Source of the DNA: Flammeovirgaceae bacterium
Lineage (GTDB): Bacteria > Bacteroidota > Bacteroidia > Cytophagales > Flammeovirgaceae
Reading direction: 5' to 3'
DNA length: 64,000 nucleotides
NCBI GenBank assembly: GCA_965225715.1
Contig: CBDDBK010000002.1
Coordinates: 1,324,416-1,388,415, forward strand
Shown: positions 19,833-31,224 of the stretch, one piece after another
Position numbering within the stretch: the first letter of the stretch is position 1
How the letters are laid out: each line of letters opens with the position of its first letter
Position numbers and translations under genes: made by a program
The notes under the pieces: model-generated
Seen by the model: the letters and a program-made list of their open reading frames with translations, nothing else
Told to the model about the DNA's origin: nothing
Database searches by the model: none

Positions 19833-21590
19833 CTAATTAGACCAAGTGTCTAATTTCTTTTTAATATCTAATTGATCGGCAGGTTCTGCTAAGTCTAAAG
19901 ATTTCTTCCATAATTTTATAGCTCTTTCCTTTTGGTCTAATTTGAAAAGTACATCTGCCAAATGATCCAAGATGACATAATTAGAATCAGTATCCAATTT
20001 TACTGCTTTTTCTAAATAAATAAGGGCTTCTTTAAAGTTATCAGACTGGTATAAAACCCAACCATGCGTGTCAAGATAAGTAGGGCTATTGGGTTCTAAA
20101 TCGATAAGTTTTTTGGACATTGTTTTTGCTAGATTTAAGTTTTGTTTTTTTAGTGATAAGTAATAGCTGTAATTATTAAGAGCGTGAATATTATCTTCAT
20201 CTTGATTTAAAATTTCTTGATAAGTATTGAAGGCTTTATCATAAAGTTCTAATTGATAATAAATATCGGCTAAAAGACTGTTAAATTGTTTAATATTTGA
20301 AGAATCGTAGCCTGAAGTATTGAGCAAAATAGATTTTCCAAACTCTAAGGATTCTTTAGCTTTTTTGTAATTTTTTAAAATAAGGTGTCCATTGCCCAAA
20401 AAAAGATAAAGTTGAGAATTATTGGGAAAATATTCTATGGCATTATTAGCATCTAAAATAAGGCTATCGTATTGATTTAATTTAAAGTCTAATTCAAGCA
20501 CTATATACCAAATGTCAAGACGATCTCCATTGACAGCCAACGATTTTTTATAATGATAACGAGAAGAAGTAGGATCACTTTCTTGTAAACTAGTAGCGTT
20601 TAAAATATTAATTTCATCACTATCAGGATGATACTTTGCCATAATTTTGGTATATTCGGCTAATAGCTCTGTTTGATAACCGTAGTTTTCTAACAAAAAG
20701 AATAAAACTAATTTTAATTCTATATTAAAATTTGGCTTGTTAAATATTTGTAAAGCAATATTTTCAGCTTTTTCTGTTTTGTTTTGTTCATTATAGAGTT
20801 TGCATAATAAAAATTGGGCAAGTTCTTCTTCGGCATTATTTTTTAAAAGATCATTTAAAAGTATTTCTGTTTCATCATATTTTTCTACATCCAAAAGAAG
20901 TTGGGCTTGAGAAAGTTTATATTCAGTTATATAAGGATAATTTTTTATTAGTTTTTCACCTTGTATTAAAGCATTATCATATTCTTTTAGAAGTTTATAA
21001 AGCTGTAATTTTTGATACATAAGTGATGTATTCCAGCCAAACTCTTTTTCAGCAACTTCTATAATCTCCAATGCTTTTTTATGATTGCCTAAAGATGAAG
21101 CTATACTGCTATACTGAAGATAATAGGATAAAGGTGGGTCTTTAACTTTATTCAAAATCAAGTCATAGACACTTAAAGTTTCATCATACTCACCATTTAG
21201 TAATCTTATTTCTAACAAAATATCATAATAATGAATATTGTCTTCTTCGAGTTTGAGCGCTTTTTGAATATAAACCAAACTTTTATCGTATTGGTTGAGT
21301 TCTAAGTAAATACGGGCAATAATATAAAAGACTGTACTTGATTGATTGTCTTTTTTTTCATATTCTAAAAAATAGACTAAAGATTTTTCAGGTCTTTCTA
21401 AGAGGAAATAATGAAGTCCTTCAAAGAAAAGGTTTTCTGTTTCGTTGGCTTTTTTGCCTCCTTGTTTTTTTGTTGAAGCTTTTCCTTTAGATTTTCTACG
21501 TTGTTTTTGAGCTTGTAATTCAGAAGAAAAAAAAAGTAAAACTAAAATGATAAAGATATTTAAGAAACTAACTTTGAAGTTATAAAACAT
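19833..21590 (-). CDS. Tetratricopeptide (TPR) repeat protein, secreted
   Basis: Many TPR-like units (e.g. YNALIQGEKLIKNYP, AIKLWKKSLDL). I prefer the internal start MFYNFKVSFLNIFIILVLLFFSSELQAQ (signal peptide) over the track start at 21638. Confidence 0.7.
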   Translation of the reverse strand: MFYNFKVSFLNIFIILVLLFFSSELQAQKQRRKSKGKASTKKQGGKKANETENLFFEGLHYFLLERPEKSLVYFLEYEKKDNQSSTVFYIIARIYLELNQYDKSLVYIQKALKLEEDNIHYYDILLEIRLLNGEYDETLSVYDLILNKVKDPPLSYYLQYSSIASSLGNHKKALEIIEVAEKEFGWNTSLMYQKLQLYKLLKEYDNALIQGEKLIKNYPYITEYKLSQAQLLLDVEKYDETEILLNDLLKNNAEEELAQFLLCKLYNEQNKTEKAENIALQIFNKPNFNIELKLVLFFLLENYGYQTELLAEYTKIMAKYHPDSDEINILNATSLQESDPTSSRYHYKKSLAVNGDRLDIWYIVLELDFKLNQYDSLILDANNAIEYFPNNSQLYLFLGNGHLILKNYKKAKESLEFGKSILLNTSGYDSSNIKQFNSLLADIYYQLELYDKAFNTYQEILNQDEDNIHALNNYSYYLSLKKQNLNLAKTMSKKLIDLEPNSPTYLDTHGWVLYQSDNFKEALIYLEKAVKLDTDSNYVILDHLADVLFKLDQKERAIKLWKKSLDLAEPADQLDIKKKLDTWSN

Positions 21591-22046
21591 AATAATTATA
21601 ATAAATTTAAAATCTGCAAACCAAAGTTTTATAATCAATTGGTTTTATGGAAAATATTATTGGTTTTTAATAAGTTCTAAAGATTCTGTAAAGTTTAAGT
21701 AATATTAAATTAAAAAAACTTGACAGCTTATAAATTTTAATAACCAAAAATTTATAATATAGTTAGTTATCATAATTAGGTTTGTGGCAAATATACAAAT
21801 TGAAAATAAACAATAGCTTTAGCAATATAATTGATATGAATGTTTCTTTGTTAAAAAAATAAAAAAGTGTTAAATAGTTTTCATATTTATCATATTAAAA
21901 ATATACTAAAGATTTAGTCTAAAAATTTTGTTAGAAATAAAATTGGATTGTTAAGTTTGGAACATTATTGTACAAAAATAGTACATTGGAAATTTCATTT
22001 TTATTTGAACAGTTTTAAATATTACTCACTCAATTTTAATATTAGT

Positions 22047-22997
22047 TTGAAAATAGCGAAAGAAATACAAGTTGCTCTAGTTACCCTAATTGGTATTACT
22101 GCATTATATTTTGGATTTGGCTACTTAAAAGGACAAAATATTTTTTCAAATACAAATACTTTTTATACTATATATGAAAAAATAGAAGGTTTAAAAATAT
22201 CTAACTCTGTGACTATAAATGGATTAAAAGTTGGTCAGATTGAAGATATTCAACTTTTAGAACAGAAAAATAACAAAATTATAGTTACTTTAGAAATTAA
22301 AGGGACGATAAAATTAGCTAGTGGCACCAAAGCCTTACTAACTGATGGTGGATTATTTGGTGATAAGATTATAGAATTAGTGACCTCTTCTTATGGTGAA
22401 TCTTATCAAGATATTGAAGATACTTTAATAGGGATTAAGGAAAAAGGACTAACTGATATTGTTCAAGAACGTGCTATACCGCTTCTGATTCATTTAGATT
22501 CTACTATTATTCAAATTAATCAAATTGCTAAATTTATCGCTGGACAAGAAGAAAAAGTGCAGAAAATAGCAGGGAATTTAGCTAATTTAACCGATCAATT
22601 GCAAGGTATAGCCCAGAGTGCTAATAAAAATTTAGCTTCAGTATTAACACAAACAAATATTATTACTCAAAACCTTAATAAATCGAGCCATAATTTCCCT
22701 AAAATTACCGAAAACTTGATCCAATTTTCTGATAGCCTTAAAGCTATTCCTATTATCGAAATTTCAAATCATCTAAAATACAGTACCCAAAATTTAAGTG
22801 AAATAATTGCTAATATAAATACTAATAAAAGTACTTTGGGATTGTTAACACGAGATGATTCTTTATATAGAAATTTGAATAATGTTTTTAGAGATTTAGA
22901 TATATTACTTACCGATATAAAGAAAAATCCTAAAAAATATGTTCATTTTTCGGCTTTTGGAAAAAAAGATAAAAAAGAAGAATTTGAAAAAAAATAA
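22047..22997 (+). CDS. MlaD/MCE family protein
   Basis: (L/M)KIAKEIQVALVTLIGITALYFGFGYLKGQNIF... plus ISNSVTINGLKVGQIEDIQL are typical of an MlaD N-terminus. I prefer the in-frame TTG at 22047 to the track start at 21948, which adds an implausible leader. Confidence 0.7.
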   Translation: MKIAKEIQVALVTLIGITALYFGFGYLKGQNIFSNTNTFYTIYEKIEGLKISNSVTINGLKVGQIEDIQLLEQKNNKIIVTLEIKGTIKLASGTKALLTDGGLFGDKIIELVTSSYGESYQDIEDTLIGIKEKGLTDIVQERAIPLLIHLDSTIIQINQIAKFIAGQEEKVQKIAGNLANLTDQLQGIAQSANKNLASVLTQTNIITQNLNKSSHNFPKITENLIQFSDSLKAIPIIEISNHLKYSTQNLSEIIANINTNKSTLGLLTRDDSLYRNLNNVFRDLDILLTDIKKNPKKYVHFSAFGKKDKKEEFEKK

Positions 22998-23179
22998 TTA
23001 TGCTATTTTTATTTTGAAAATATTCATTTTTAAAATAAACACGTTTAAAAACTCCAAAAATCCTTTTTTCAAGTGACGTGACTATATTTCAAATAGAAAA
23101 AGTATTTTTTAGATATTGAAGTCGTTGATAAGAAAATATTCTATATTTAATAGCAAAGCTATGGTCATTAAACTTAAAA

Positions 23180-23212
23180 GTTGACAGGTTTTTAAAACCT
23201 ATCAACTTTTTT
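23180..23212. terminator. Bidirectional intrinsic terminator
   Basis: GTTGACAGGTT / AACCTATCAAC stem (one mismatch) flanked by an A-run upstream and T6 downstream, so both strands see a hairpin plus U-tract. It sits 15 nt beyond the stop of the minus-strand gene at 23227. Confidence 0.55.
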
Positions 23213-23226
23213 AAAAACATAGATAG

Positions 23227-23766
23227 TTATTCTTCGCAAAGGACTTTTAATTTATTTAATGCTTTTTTAAACTCTTCACCTAGCTCTTTTTCAGGATCTA
23301 ACCATAGATTCATAAAATTAAGAGGATAGGGTATTTGGCTATGCACTTCCCAAGTTACTTGGGTTTCATGTCCAGTTTCCAAAAGTTTAATATAACCTTT
23401 AGCTTTTGATTCATAAGGTGTATAAAATTCTATATCCATATTTATCGATTCAAAAGGTACGACTTCAGTGATGGTTTGCATCCCCGAACCAACTTTTTTA
23501 ACTTCACTTTCCCAAGATGTTGTTGACCCTACGACACCATCTTCACCAGTGAATGTTTTTTTTATATTTGGGTCGTAATCATTCCAAGGGCTCCATTGAT
23601 CCAAGGCGTGAAAAGAATTAACATTATGCCAAACATTATCAGCCGATGATGTTATAGTAATAGAAGTTTCGTAATCAAAGTCTTTAGAGATAAAAAGGGC
23701 AGAAATTAAAGGTATACCAATGAATACTGCTAAAACGATACCAACAATTTTTAATACTTTTTTCAT
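23227..23766 (-). CDS. SRPBCC (polyketide cyclase/START-like) family protein with N-terminal membrane anchor
   Basis: N-terminal TM, then VWHNVNSFHALDQWSPW and a size and pattern typical of SRPBCC proteins. Assigned from memory. Confidence 0.45.
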   Translation of the reverse strand: MKKVLKIVGIVLAVFIGIPLISALFISKDFDYETSITITSSADNVWHNVNSFHALDQWSPWNDYDPNIKKTFTGEDGVVGSTTSWESEVKKVGSGMQTITEVVPFESINMDIEFYTPYESKAKGYIKLLETGHETQVTWEVHSQIPYPLNFMNLWLDPEKELGEEFKKALNKLKVLCEE

Positions 23767-23943
23767 ATTAAATTTATTTAAATGGTGATTAAATGAATAG
23801 TATTTGTTTTCAATAATTAGGCACTATGAAAAGCAAAATATTAAAAACCAATACTAAGTATTTGGTTTATTAATATGTTAAAAAAGTTTACCAAAACTAT
23901 TGAAGTTTAAAAAATAATAACTAAAATCACGACAATAATAAAA

Positions 23944-23992
23944 AATAATCGGTTTTTAAAGTATTTTTGTAACTTTATAGAAACCGATTATT
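23944..23992 (-). terminator. Putative terminator of gap
   Basis: A 12-bp perfect stem (AATAATCGGTTT / AAACCGATTATT) is followed on the minus strand by a T-run. The loop is long (25 nt). Confidence 0.4.
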
Positions 23993-24046
23993 AAAAAGTT
24001 TAGGTTAAGTATAAACTTAATTTAGACAGTATAGAATATATTCTTT

Positions 24047-25045
24047 TTAATTCAAAATTGCTATTTTGGCAATTAAATCAACTACTCTTTGGGCATAACC
24101 CGCTTCATTATCATACCAACCAACAATTTTAACTAAATTACCATTAGCACTTGTGAGCATAGAATCAAAGATACAAGATGCTGAGTTACCGACAATATCA
24201 ATAGAAACAATAGGCTCAGTACAATAAGATAAAACACCTTTCATGTGATTATTGGCAGCGGCTTTTACAGTTGTATTAATTTCTTGTGCGGTAGTTTCTT
24301 TTTTCAATACAGCGGTTAAATCAGTTAAAGAACCAGCTGGGATAGGAACACGCATAGCACAACCATCTAATTTGCCCTTAAGATGAGGTAAAACCAAACC
24401 AACGGCTTTAGCAGCACCAGTAGTTGTAGGTATAATTGAATAAGCTGCAGCTCTAGAGCGTCGCAAATCGGAATGAGGTGAGTCCTGTAAACGTTGGTCG
24501 GCAGTATAAGCATGTATAGTTGTCATATAACCTTTTTCAATACCAAAAGTGTCGTCCAAAATTTTTGCCATAGGAGCTAAGCAGTTTGTGGTACAAGAGG
24601 CATTAGAAAGTATTTGGTCATCAGCAGAAATAACATTATCATTAACCCCTAAAACTATTGTTTTTACATCACCTTTGGCAGGTGCTGAGATAATAACTTT
24701 TTTAGCTCCAGCTTGTAAATGTAAACCAGCACCTTCTTTACTAACAAAACGTCCTGTAGATTCCAAAACAATATCCACCTTTAGATCTTTCCAAGGTAAG
24801 TTTTTAGGATCCTTTTCAGAATAAATAGGAATATTTTTACCGTTAACCGTAAGATTCGTTCCTTCAAAAGATGCCGTTCCATTAAAACCGCCCTGAGCAG
24901 AATCATATTTTAATAAATGACATAAGGTCTTTGGTTCAGTTAAGTCATTGATAGCAACAATCTCTAAATTTGTTCCAAGTAAATTTCTAAAGGCTAAACG
25001 ACCAATACGACCGAAACCATTAATAGCGACACGTGTTTTAGGCAT
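24047..25045 (-). CDS. gap: Type I glyceraldehyde-3-phosphate dehydrogenase
   Basis: INGFGRIGR Rossmann motif and active-site SNASCTTNCLAP. 332 aa. Confidence 0.95.
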   Translation of the reverse strand: MPKTRVAINGFGRIGRLAFRNLLGTNLEIVAINDLTEPKTLCHLLKYDSAQGGFNGTASFEGTNLTVNGKNIPIYSEKDPKNLPWKDLKVDIVLESTGRFVSKEGAGLHLQAGAKKVIISAPAKGDVKTIVLGVNDNVISADDQILSNASCTTNCLAPMAKILDDTFGIEKGYMTTIHAYTADQRLQDSPHSDLRRSRAAAYSIIPTTTGAAKAVGLVLPHLKGKLDGCAMRVPIPAGSLTDLTAVLKKETTAQEINTTVKAAANNHMKGVLSYCTEPIVSIDIVGNSASCIFDSMLTSANGNLVKIVGWYDNEAGYAQRVVDLIAKIAILN

Positions 25046-25593
25046 ACCTTGCTAAGTTTATTATATTTATAAATCAGAAATTAAAATTGATATTTTGCAA
25101 AAATAGTTTAAAAGCATTTTTTATTTCTAAAAAATAAGATTAATTTTATAGAAATAGTTGTTCATAAAATCATGTAATTAATATTTGATATTCATACTTT
25201 ATTATAAAACTATTTAAATTCGGGATTAAAAAAGTTGAAATATTGAAAATAAAAAAACATATAAATATTTGGTTATTAATATATAAAAAAAAATAACAAA
25301 TTATAATAATCTTTAACCTTCTTTTTAAAACAAATGTCCTTACTTTCTTTTTTTTTAAGTATTGTAGAAATAGAAAATGTGCTTGTCAATATAACAATTT
25401 AGAAAGATTGGAAAAATAATAGACTTGAACTTATTTTATAATCAGTGTTTTAAATAGTTTTTAAGATTAGCAATACTTCAAAAATTTGGCCTTGAAATGC
25501 TGTACAGAAATTTCAGTGATGTCTATCTTTAAAACACTTATGCACAAAACTGGACATATCTTCTTGATTAGCGGATTTTTGGTTGGGTTTTTT

Positions 25594-28230
25594 TCAAACC
25601 CGATTTTTAAGAATTTCTAATTTATTCTGTGCATCTTCAGCTTTTTTCCTTTCTCTTACTATAACAGCTTCGGGAGCATTATTGAGAAAAGTAGGGTTAT
25701 TTAGTTTTTTTTCTATACTTGCCAAAAATTTTTCAGTATGTATTAATTCTTTTTGACGTTTTTTTTTCTCATCAGCTGTATTTTCATTTTTCTTTATAGG
25801 TATAAAGACCTCATCACTTTTATGAATGAAATAGCTGTAGGTATCATCAGGTTTTATTTGAGAAAATGTTAGACTCTCTAAGTTAGCTAATTTAATAATC
25901 AAAGGTTTTAAACGCTCATAAATAGAACTTTTTTGAGTTTTAAGGATAATTTTTAGAGGTATTTTGGGAGAAAGTTGGTTTTTTATCTTAATATTCCGCA
26001 AAAAACTGACTAAAGAAAAGGCCATATCAAAATCTTCAAGTTGTTTATTGTCGATGGTTTTATGTTCATCAGATCGTTTTATTTGGGGATAAAGACTTAT
26101 CATAATACTTTCATTTTCTTGCCTTTTTTTTATTAAATGCCAAAGTTCTTCGGTAATAAAAGGCATAAAAGGATGTAGTATTTTTAATAGTGTTTCTAAA
26201 AAAATAATAGTTTGTTCATGCGTTTTTAGATCAATAGTTTTTGAGGCATTGGGCTTGATACTTTCCAAAAACCAAGAACAAAAACTATCCCATATCAAAC
26301 GGTATACATGAATGAGAATATCAGAAATTTTATATTTTTTGTATAAATTTGCACTCAAATCAAGAATGTCATTGATTTTAGTTTCAAACCACTGACAAGC
26401 CAATTGATTTTCCAAAGGTGTTTGGTGTTTTTCTTCAGGTATCCAAGATTGGATAAGTCTAAAAGCATTCCATATTTTATTAGAGAAGTTTCGTCCCTGT
26501 TGGCAAAGCTTTTCGTCGAAAAGCAAATCATTACCTGCTGGCGAAGAAAATAACATTCCGACTCTAACTCCATCAGCACCATATTTTTTCATGAGTTCTA
26601 TAGGATCGGGAGAATTACCTAGTTGCTTAGACATTTTTCGTCTCTTTTTATCCCGCACTATGCCTGTGAGGTACACATTTTTAAAAGGCGCTTCTCCTAA
26701 ATATTCATAACCAAATATGATCATTCGAGCAATCCAAAAAAACAGAATTTCAGGTGCTGTAACAATATCATTAGTAGGATAGTAGTAATTTATATCTTTA
26801 TTTTCAGGTGAAATAATTCCGTCAAAAACCGACAGGGGCCATAATCCCGAAGAAAACCACGTATCCAACACATCAGGATCTTGCTTCAAATCTTTAGCCT
26901 GAATATCAGGATTTTGACTTTGGGCTTTTTTAAGTGCTTGTGTTTCATTTTCTGCCACTACATAAGCTCCTGAAGGTAAATAATAAACAGGAATTTGATG
27001 CCCCCACCATAATTGCCGAGAAATACACCAATCGCGTACATTGTTCATCCATTGGAAATAGGTATTTTTAAATTTATCTGGGTAAAATTTTATGGTGCCA
27101 TTCTCAACAGCTTTTAGAGCTGGACTAACTAACTTTTCCATCTTTACAAACCATTGTTTCGAAAGTTTAGGTTCAATAACGGCATTAGTTCTTTCAGATA
27201 ATCCTATATTATGGGTATGATTTTCAATTTTAATCAAATAGCCTTTTTCTTTAAGCTCTTTAGCAATTTCTTTTCGGGCTACAAAACGGTCTTTACCAAT
27301 ATATAACTGGGCTTCTTGATTGAGTTTGCCTGATTCGTCCAAAATATCTATACATGGTAAATTGTGTTTTTTGCCTAGCTCGTAGTCGTTTATATCATGA
27401 GCTGGGGTTACCTTTAAAGCTCCTGTTCCAAATTCCATAGTAATATAGTCATCAGCAAGCACAGGAATAGCTTTATTTAATAAGGGGATAAAAACTTTTT
27501 TGCCAAGCAAATGCTTATAACGCGTATCATGAGGGTGGACAGCAATAGCAGAATCGGCAAAAATTGTTTCGGGACGAGTTGTTGCAATTGTAATTTTACC
27601 GTTCCCGTCTGTAAAAGGATAGGCAATATAATAGAGTTTAGACTGGCGTTCTTGATGTATAACTTCATCATCGGCAATAGCAGTTTTTCCTTCAGGGTCC
27701 CAATTAATCATTCGGCTTCCTTTATAAATATAGCCTTTTTCATGGAGCCTAATAAAGGTCTTAATAACACTTTGAGAAAGGTCTTTTTCCATAGTGAACC
27801 GGGTTCTATCCCAATCACAAGAAGCACCTAATTTTTTAAGTTGTTCTAATATAACACCTCCGTATTTTTCCTTCCATATCCAAGCATGTTCCAAAAATTT
27901 CTTCCGACCAATATCTTCTTTTTTAAGATTATATTCATTTTTTAACATATTAACGACCTTAGCTTCTGTAGCTATAGAAGCATGGTCAGTACCTGGTACC
28001 CAAAGAGCCTCTTTACCTTCCATACGGGCTTTACGAATAAGTATATCTTGAATGGTATTGTTGAGCATATGTCCCATATGAAGAACACCTGTAACATTTG
28101 GAGGAGGAATCAAAATGGTATAAGGAGTTTTAGAAGTCTGAGGTGAAGAAGCAAAAAAGTGCCTATCCAGCCAATATTGATACCACTTTTTCTCAATGTG
28201 TTCGGGTTGATATTTCTTTGATAGTTCCAT
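25594..28230 (-). CDS. valS: Valine--tRNA ligase
   Basis: Class I HIGH-type motif PPPNVTGVLHMGH, KMSKS motif (KMSKQLGN), C-terminal coiled-coil. 878 aa. Confidence 0.97.
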   Translation of the reverse strand: MELSKKYQPEHIEKKWYQYWLDRHFFASSPQTSKTPYTILIPPPNVTGVLHMGHMLNNTIQDILIRKARMEGKEALWVPGTDHASIATEAKVVNMLKNEYNLKKEDIGRKKFLEHAWIWKEKYGGVILEQLKKLGASCDWDRTRFTMEKDLSQSVIKTFIRLHEKGYIYKGSRMINWDPEGKTAIADDEVIHQERQSKLYYIAYPFTDGNGKITIATTRPETIFADSAIAVHPHDTRYKHLLGKKVFIPLLNKAIPVLADDYITMEFGTGALKVTPAHDINDYELGKKHNLPCIDILDESGKLNQEAQLYIGKDRFVARKEIAKELKEKGYLIKIENHTHNIGLSERTNAVIEPKLSKQWFVKMEKLVSPALKAVENGTIKFYPDKFKNTYFQWMNNVRDWCISRQLWWGHQIPVYYLPSGAYVVAENETQALKKAQSQNPDIQAKDLKQDPDVLDTWFSSGLWPLSVFDGIISPENKDINYYYPTNDIVTAPEILFFWIARMIIFGYEYLGEAPFKNVYLTGIVRDKKRRKMSKQLGNSPDPIELMKKYGADGVRVGMLFSSPAGNDLLFDEKLCQQGRNFSNKIWNAFRLIQSWIPEEKHQTPLENQLACQWFETKINDILDLSANLYKKYKISDILIHVYRLIWDSFCSWFLESIKPNASKTIDLKTHEQTIIFLETLLKILHPFMPFITEELWHLIKKRQENESIMISLYPQIKRSDEHKTIDNKQLEDFDMAFSLVSFLRNIKIKNQLSPKIPLKIILKTQKSSIYERLKPLIIKLANLESLTFSQIKPDDTYSYFIHKSDEVFIPIKKNENTADEKKKRQKELIHTEKFLASIEKKLNNPTFLNNAPEAVIVRERKKAEDAQNKLEILKNRV

Positions 28231-28410
28231 ATATATCTCAATTAAATAGAGGAATGTCTGAAAAGTTGTATATAGGTTTTATTAAATGCGATTTTATTAA
28301 TATATAGTTTTTACAAAACTTTGATTATTAGATATTTATATTATATTTAATTTTTTAAATTTAATTAAAATAGCAATTTTATTTTTAATTTACTTTTGAA
28401 ACTGACCTCT

Positions 28411-28532
28411 ATGAAAAAAGGAACATAATGATATAAACGATGCTCTTTAGGCAAAGATAAAAAATTATTTTTCTTATTTCAAAGGCAAAAGAAAATCGCC
28501 TCAAAAAGATATAGTTAATGCTTGCTTATTCA
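28411..28532 (+). pseudogene. Internal fragment of the IS5-like transposase N-terminus (same family as 40681-41274)
   Basis: Reads INDAL*AKIKNYFSYFKGKRKSPQKDIVNACLFIT, versus IDDALWTKIERYFPHAKHKRKYKQKDVFNACLFVT in the 40.8 kb copy. The Trp codon has become TAG. Confidence 0.5.
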
Positions 28533-29065
28533 TAACTATAATAAATATACAATTATTTCAATACTAATAAAGACAAGCCTTTGATTACTCTTGTTTACTT
28601 TTATATTAACATTCAATACAATAGCTAAGAGTATGAAAAATAGTATTTTTTTCAAGGATATATAATACCATTCTATATTGTTCTGTTAAAACTGTTAAAA
28701 TTTAACTATGTAATGGTATAATTAAAGTGGAAACTATAATTGAGCAGATTGGGATAGACAATAACAATAGAAGTTCTTGGTTTTAGTAAAAATTTTTAGT
28801 TTTGCCACAAAATATAAAAAGTAAGACTTTAATAATACTAAAGTCTTACCCATAAACACCACACTTTACCTTTTACTTTACTCGTATTATTTTTTTAAAA
28901 TTTATGGTACCTTTAGTTTATTATTCTTATTGGTCTAAATACGTTTCCTTTTATTTAAATGTTTCATAATAACCGAATAAAAATAAAGAATATAGCATTT
29001 TAAGAAAAAAATTATAAGCCTAAATCATCTGTTTTTTTTTTAATTTTAATCCTAACTGTTAAATT

Positions 29066-30310
29066 ATGAGATTCAATTTTTCTTATAAAAAAGAAACATT
29101 CTCGACAAAACTACTAGTTATTTTAGCTATCATAGTAGGTATTTTTTCTTTTGCATTTACCAGTTTTTTGGTGAGTAAGTTAGCAGAGGTTGAAAAATAT
29201 CATATTCATTTATATGCTAAAAGTCAAGAATTTTTAACTAATAATCATCAAAACAATGAAAATGTGGATATTTTCATCTGGCAAGAAATTATTCATGTCG
29301 ATCACACCATACCTGTTATTCTAACTGATACCAATAAAAATGTAAAGTATCATAGAAATATTAATATTCCTGAGTCATTTACCGAAGAGGAAAAAAAGAA
29401 TTATTTATTAGGTAAAATGGATAAAATGGTAACACATTATAAGCCCATACCTGTTTATGAAGCTAATAATACCTTAATAGAATATATCTATTATGATGAT
29501 TCACCACTTTTATATTTATTAAAATATTTTCCAGAAGTTCAGGTTTCTGTTATCATAATGGGTTTAATTGTCTTTTTTCTATTATTTTCTTATTCTCGTC
29601 GGGCAGAACAAAATAAAATATGGGCTGGAATGGCAAAAGAAACTGCTCACCAGTTAGCGACTCCAATTTCTGGTCTAAATGGTTGGTTAAGTTTTTTAGA
29701 AGATGTTAAAGAAATAGAACCTACTGTCCTTGAAGAAATAATGAAAGATATCAATCGATTAGAAATAATTACAGAACGTTTTTCTAATGTTGGGGCAAAA
29801 CCAACTTTTAAGGAGATAAATTTAATTGAAGTCATTCAAGATATTATTAATTATTTAAGGAAACGAATTTCTCAAAGAATAGAAATTTATTTCCTTTATA
29901 GACGCAATAGAGAATACAATTGCTTTTTAAACATTTCTCTTTTTAGTTGGGTTATTGAAAATATCTGTAAAAATGCTGTTAATGCTATTCCAAAAAAAGG
30001 CAAAATTAGTGTCTATATTAATCATACCAACACTAATTTTATTTCAATAGCTATTCAAGATACAGGGATAGGTATAAAAAAATCTCAATTCAAGAAAATA
30101 TTTGAGCCTGGTTATACAACTCGGGAAGATGGATGGGGATTGGGATTAAGTTTAGCAAAGCGTATTATAGAAGAGTATCATGAAGGTAAAATTTGGGTAT
30201 ATAAGTCTAAAATTGGCTTAGGGACAACCTTCCGAATACTTATTCCCTATAAAGAGATTAACAAAAGAAAAAGCATCCACCTTTTTAAATGGATGCTTAA
30301 TAAAAATTAG
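29066..30310 (+). CDS. Sensor histidine kinase (two TM segments, HisKA + HATPase_c)
   Basis: H-box ETAHQLATPISGL. N, G1 and G2 blocks NAVNAIPKKGKI, QDTGIGI and GWGLGLSLAKRIIEEY. No adjacent response regulator. Confidence 0.85.
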   Translation: MRFNFSYKKETFSTKLLVILAIIVGIFSFAFTSFLVSKLAEVEKYHIHLYAKSQEFLTNNHQNNENVDIFIWQEIIHVDHTIPVILTDTNKNVKYHRNINIPESFTEEEKKNYLLGKMDKMVTHYKPIPVYEANNTLIEYIYYDDSPLLYLLKYFPEVQVSVIIMGLIVFFLLFSYSRRAEQNKIWAGMAKETAHQLATPISGLNGWLSFLEDVKEIEPTVLEEIMKDINRLEIITERFSNVGAKPTFKEINLIEVIQDIINYLRKRISQRIEIYFLYRRNREYNCFLNISLFSWVIENICKNAVNAIPKKGKISVYINHTNTNFISIAIQDTGIGIKKSQFKKIFEPGYTTREDGWGLGLSLAKRIIEEYHEGKIWVYKSKIGLGTTFRILIPYKEINKRKSIHLFKWMLNKN

Positions 30311-30329
30311 ACAACATAAAATTAACCTT

Positions 30330-30770
30330 CTAATTAAAAAATAGAACATCGACCTCACGGTCAAAAGATTCTATGGCTTCTTGACGGGCAGTTAAAGCTA
30401 ATTGATGAGAAGCATAATAACGCTCTACATAATTTATATCAATTTTAAAAAGCAAACCTGGATAATTATGTTCCAGTTGCTGATGAAAATTGAAAACTAA
30501 TTCATCCCATTCTAAAACTAATTCATCGACATTAACTTCGTATATAGGCGAAAGAATAGTCTTATCTTGACCATTCCAAGTTGTATTGTGCGCCACAAAA
30601 AATATATACGAAATACTCGGCAAAATATTTTGTACGTCAGCTTCCTGATCCATCTGGACATTATTTCCAGACTTAGGAAGAGGATCAGTTTCCAGTTGTA
30701 AAAAACTTAAAAACGAACCCATAAGGATTATAATAAACATTAATTCAATTGTATTTGGTAAAATTGTCAA
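30330..30770 (-). CDS. Hypothetical protein with N-terminal hydrophobic segment
   Basis: ORF only. No motif recognised. Confidence 0.35.
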   Translation of the reverse strand: MTILPNTIELMFIIILMGSFLSFLQLETDPLPKSGNNVQMDQEADVQNILPSISYIFFVAHNTTWNGQDKTILSPIYEVNVDELVLEWDELVFNFHQQLEHNYPGLLFKIDINYVERYYASHQLALTARQEAIESFDREVDVLFFN

Positions 30771-31224
30771 AATATAAAAAAAGGTGTAAACTGTAAATTA
30801 ACACCCAAAAGCTTTTACATGTTTTAGCGTATAAAATAAGGATCAAAATTAGCAAAGAACTAAGTTATAGATTGTATAATTAGAGTTCTAAAGCACAATC
30901 TAAGAAGAAATTTAATAAAATACAAAATAGTTTATTTTTTTATTTAGGATTACAGTCCAACGTTAAGGTTAATATTAAAATAATAAACCTTGCTGTTAGA
31001 AATATTTTCATATAAAATATGAATCTCTTATAGAGATTTTCTAATATGTTTTTTGTTTTAAATTAAATTTTATGAATTATTAAGGTTCAATGAAACAAGA
31101 TTATAATAATTTAGTCTTTTTATAAAAATAAAATATTTATTATGTTTAAAACTTCAATAGAGCATTTATTACTTGTTTTTTAAACAGAAATCATACTTAT
31201 ATGTTTTAAAATTGTATCATTTTT

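Noticed and set aside
24549-24824. Overlapping ORFs inside gap, valS (26355-26582, 27477-28051), aroC (37059-37394), the R-M gene (5400-5639), A2M (54451-55890), GH31 (14445-14792) and the MTase (62687-63166)
   Set aside because: All are antisense or out of frame within genes that carry unambiguous family signatures. They are typical spurious ORFs of AT-rich DNA.
28231-29065. An 835-bp non-coding gap between valS and the kinase gene (and similar gaps at 2480-3331 and 32275-32815), scanned for tRNA, riboswitch or sRNA signals
   Set aside because: Only IS debris, a dispersed-repeat core and one isolated 11-bp hairpin (about 28818-28850) were found. There is no tRNA-like GC-rich cloverleaf segment and no recognisable riboswitch core.
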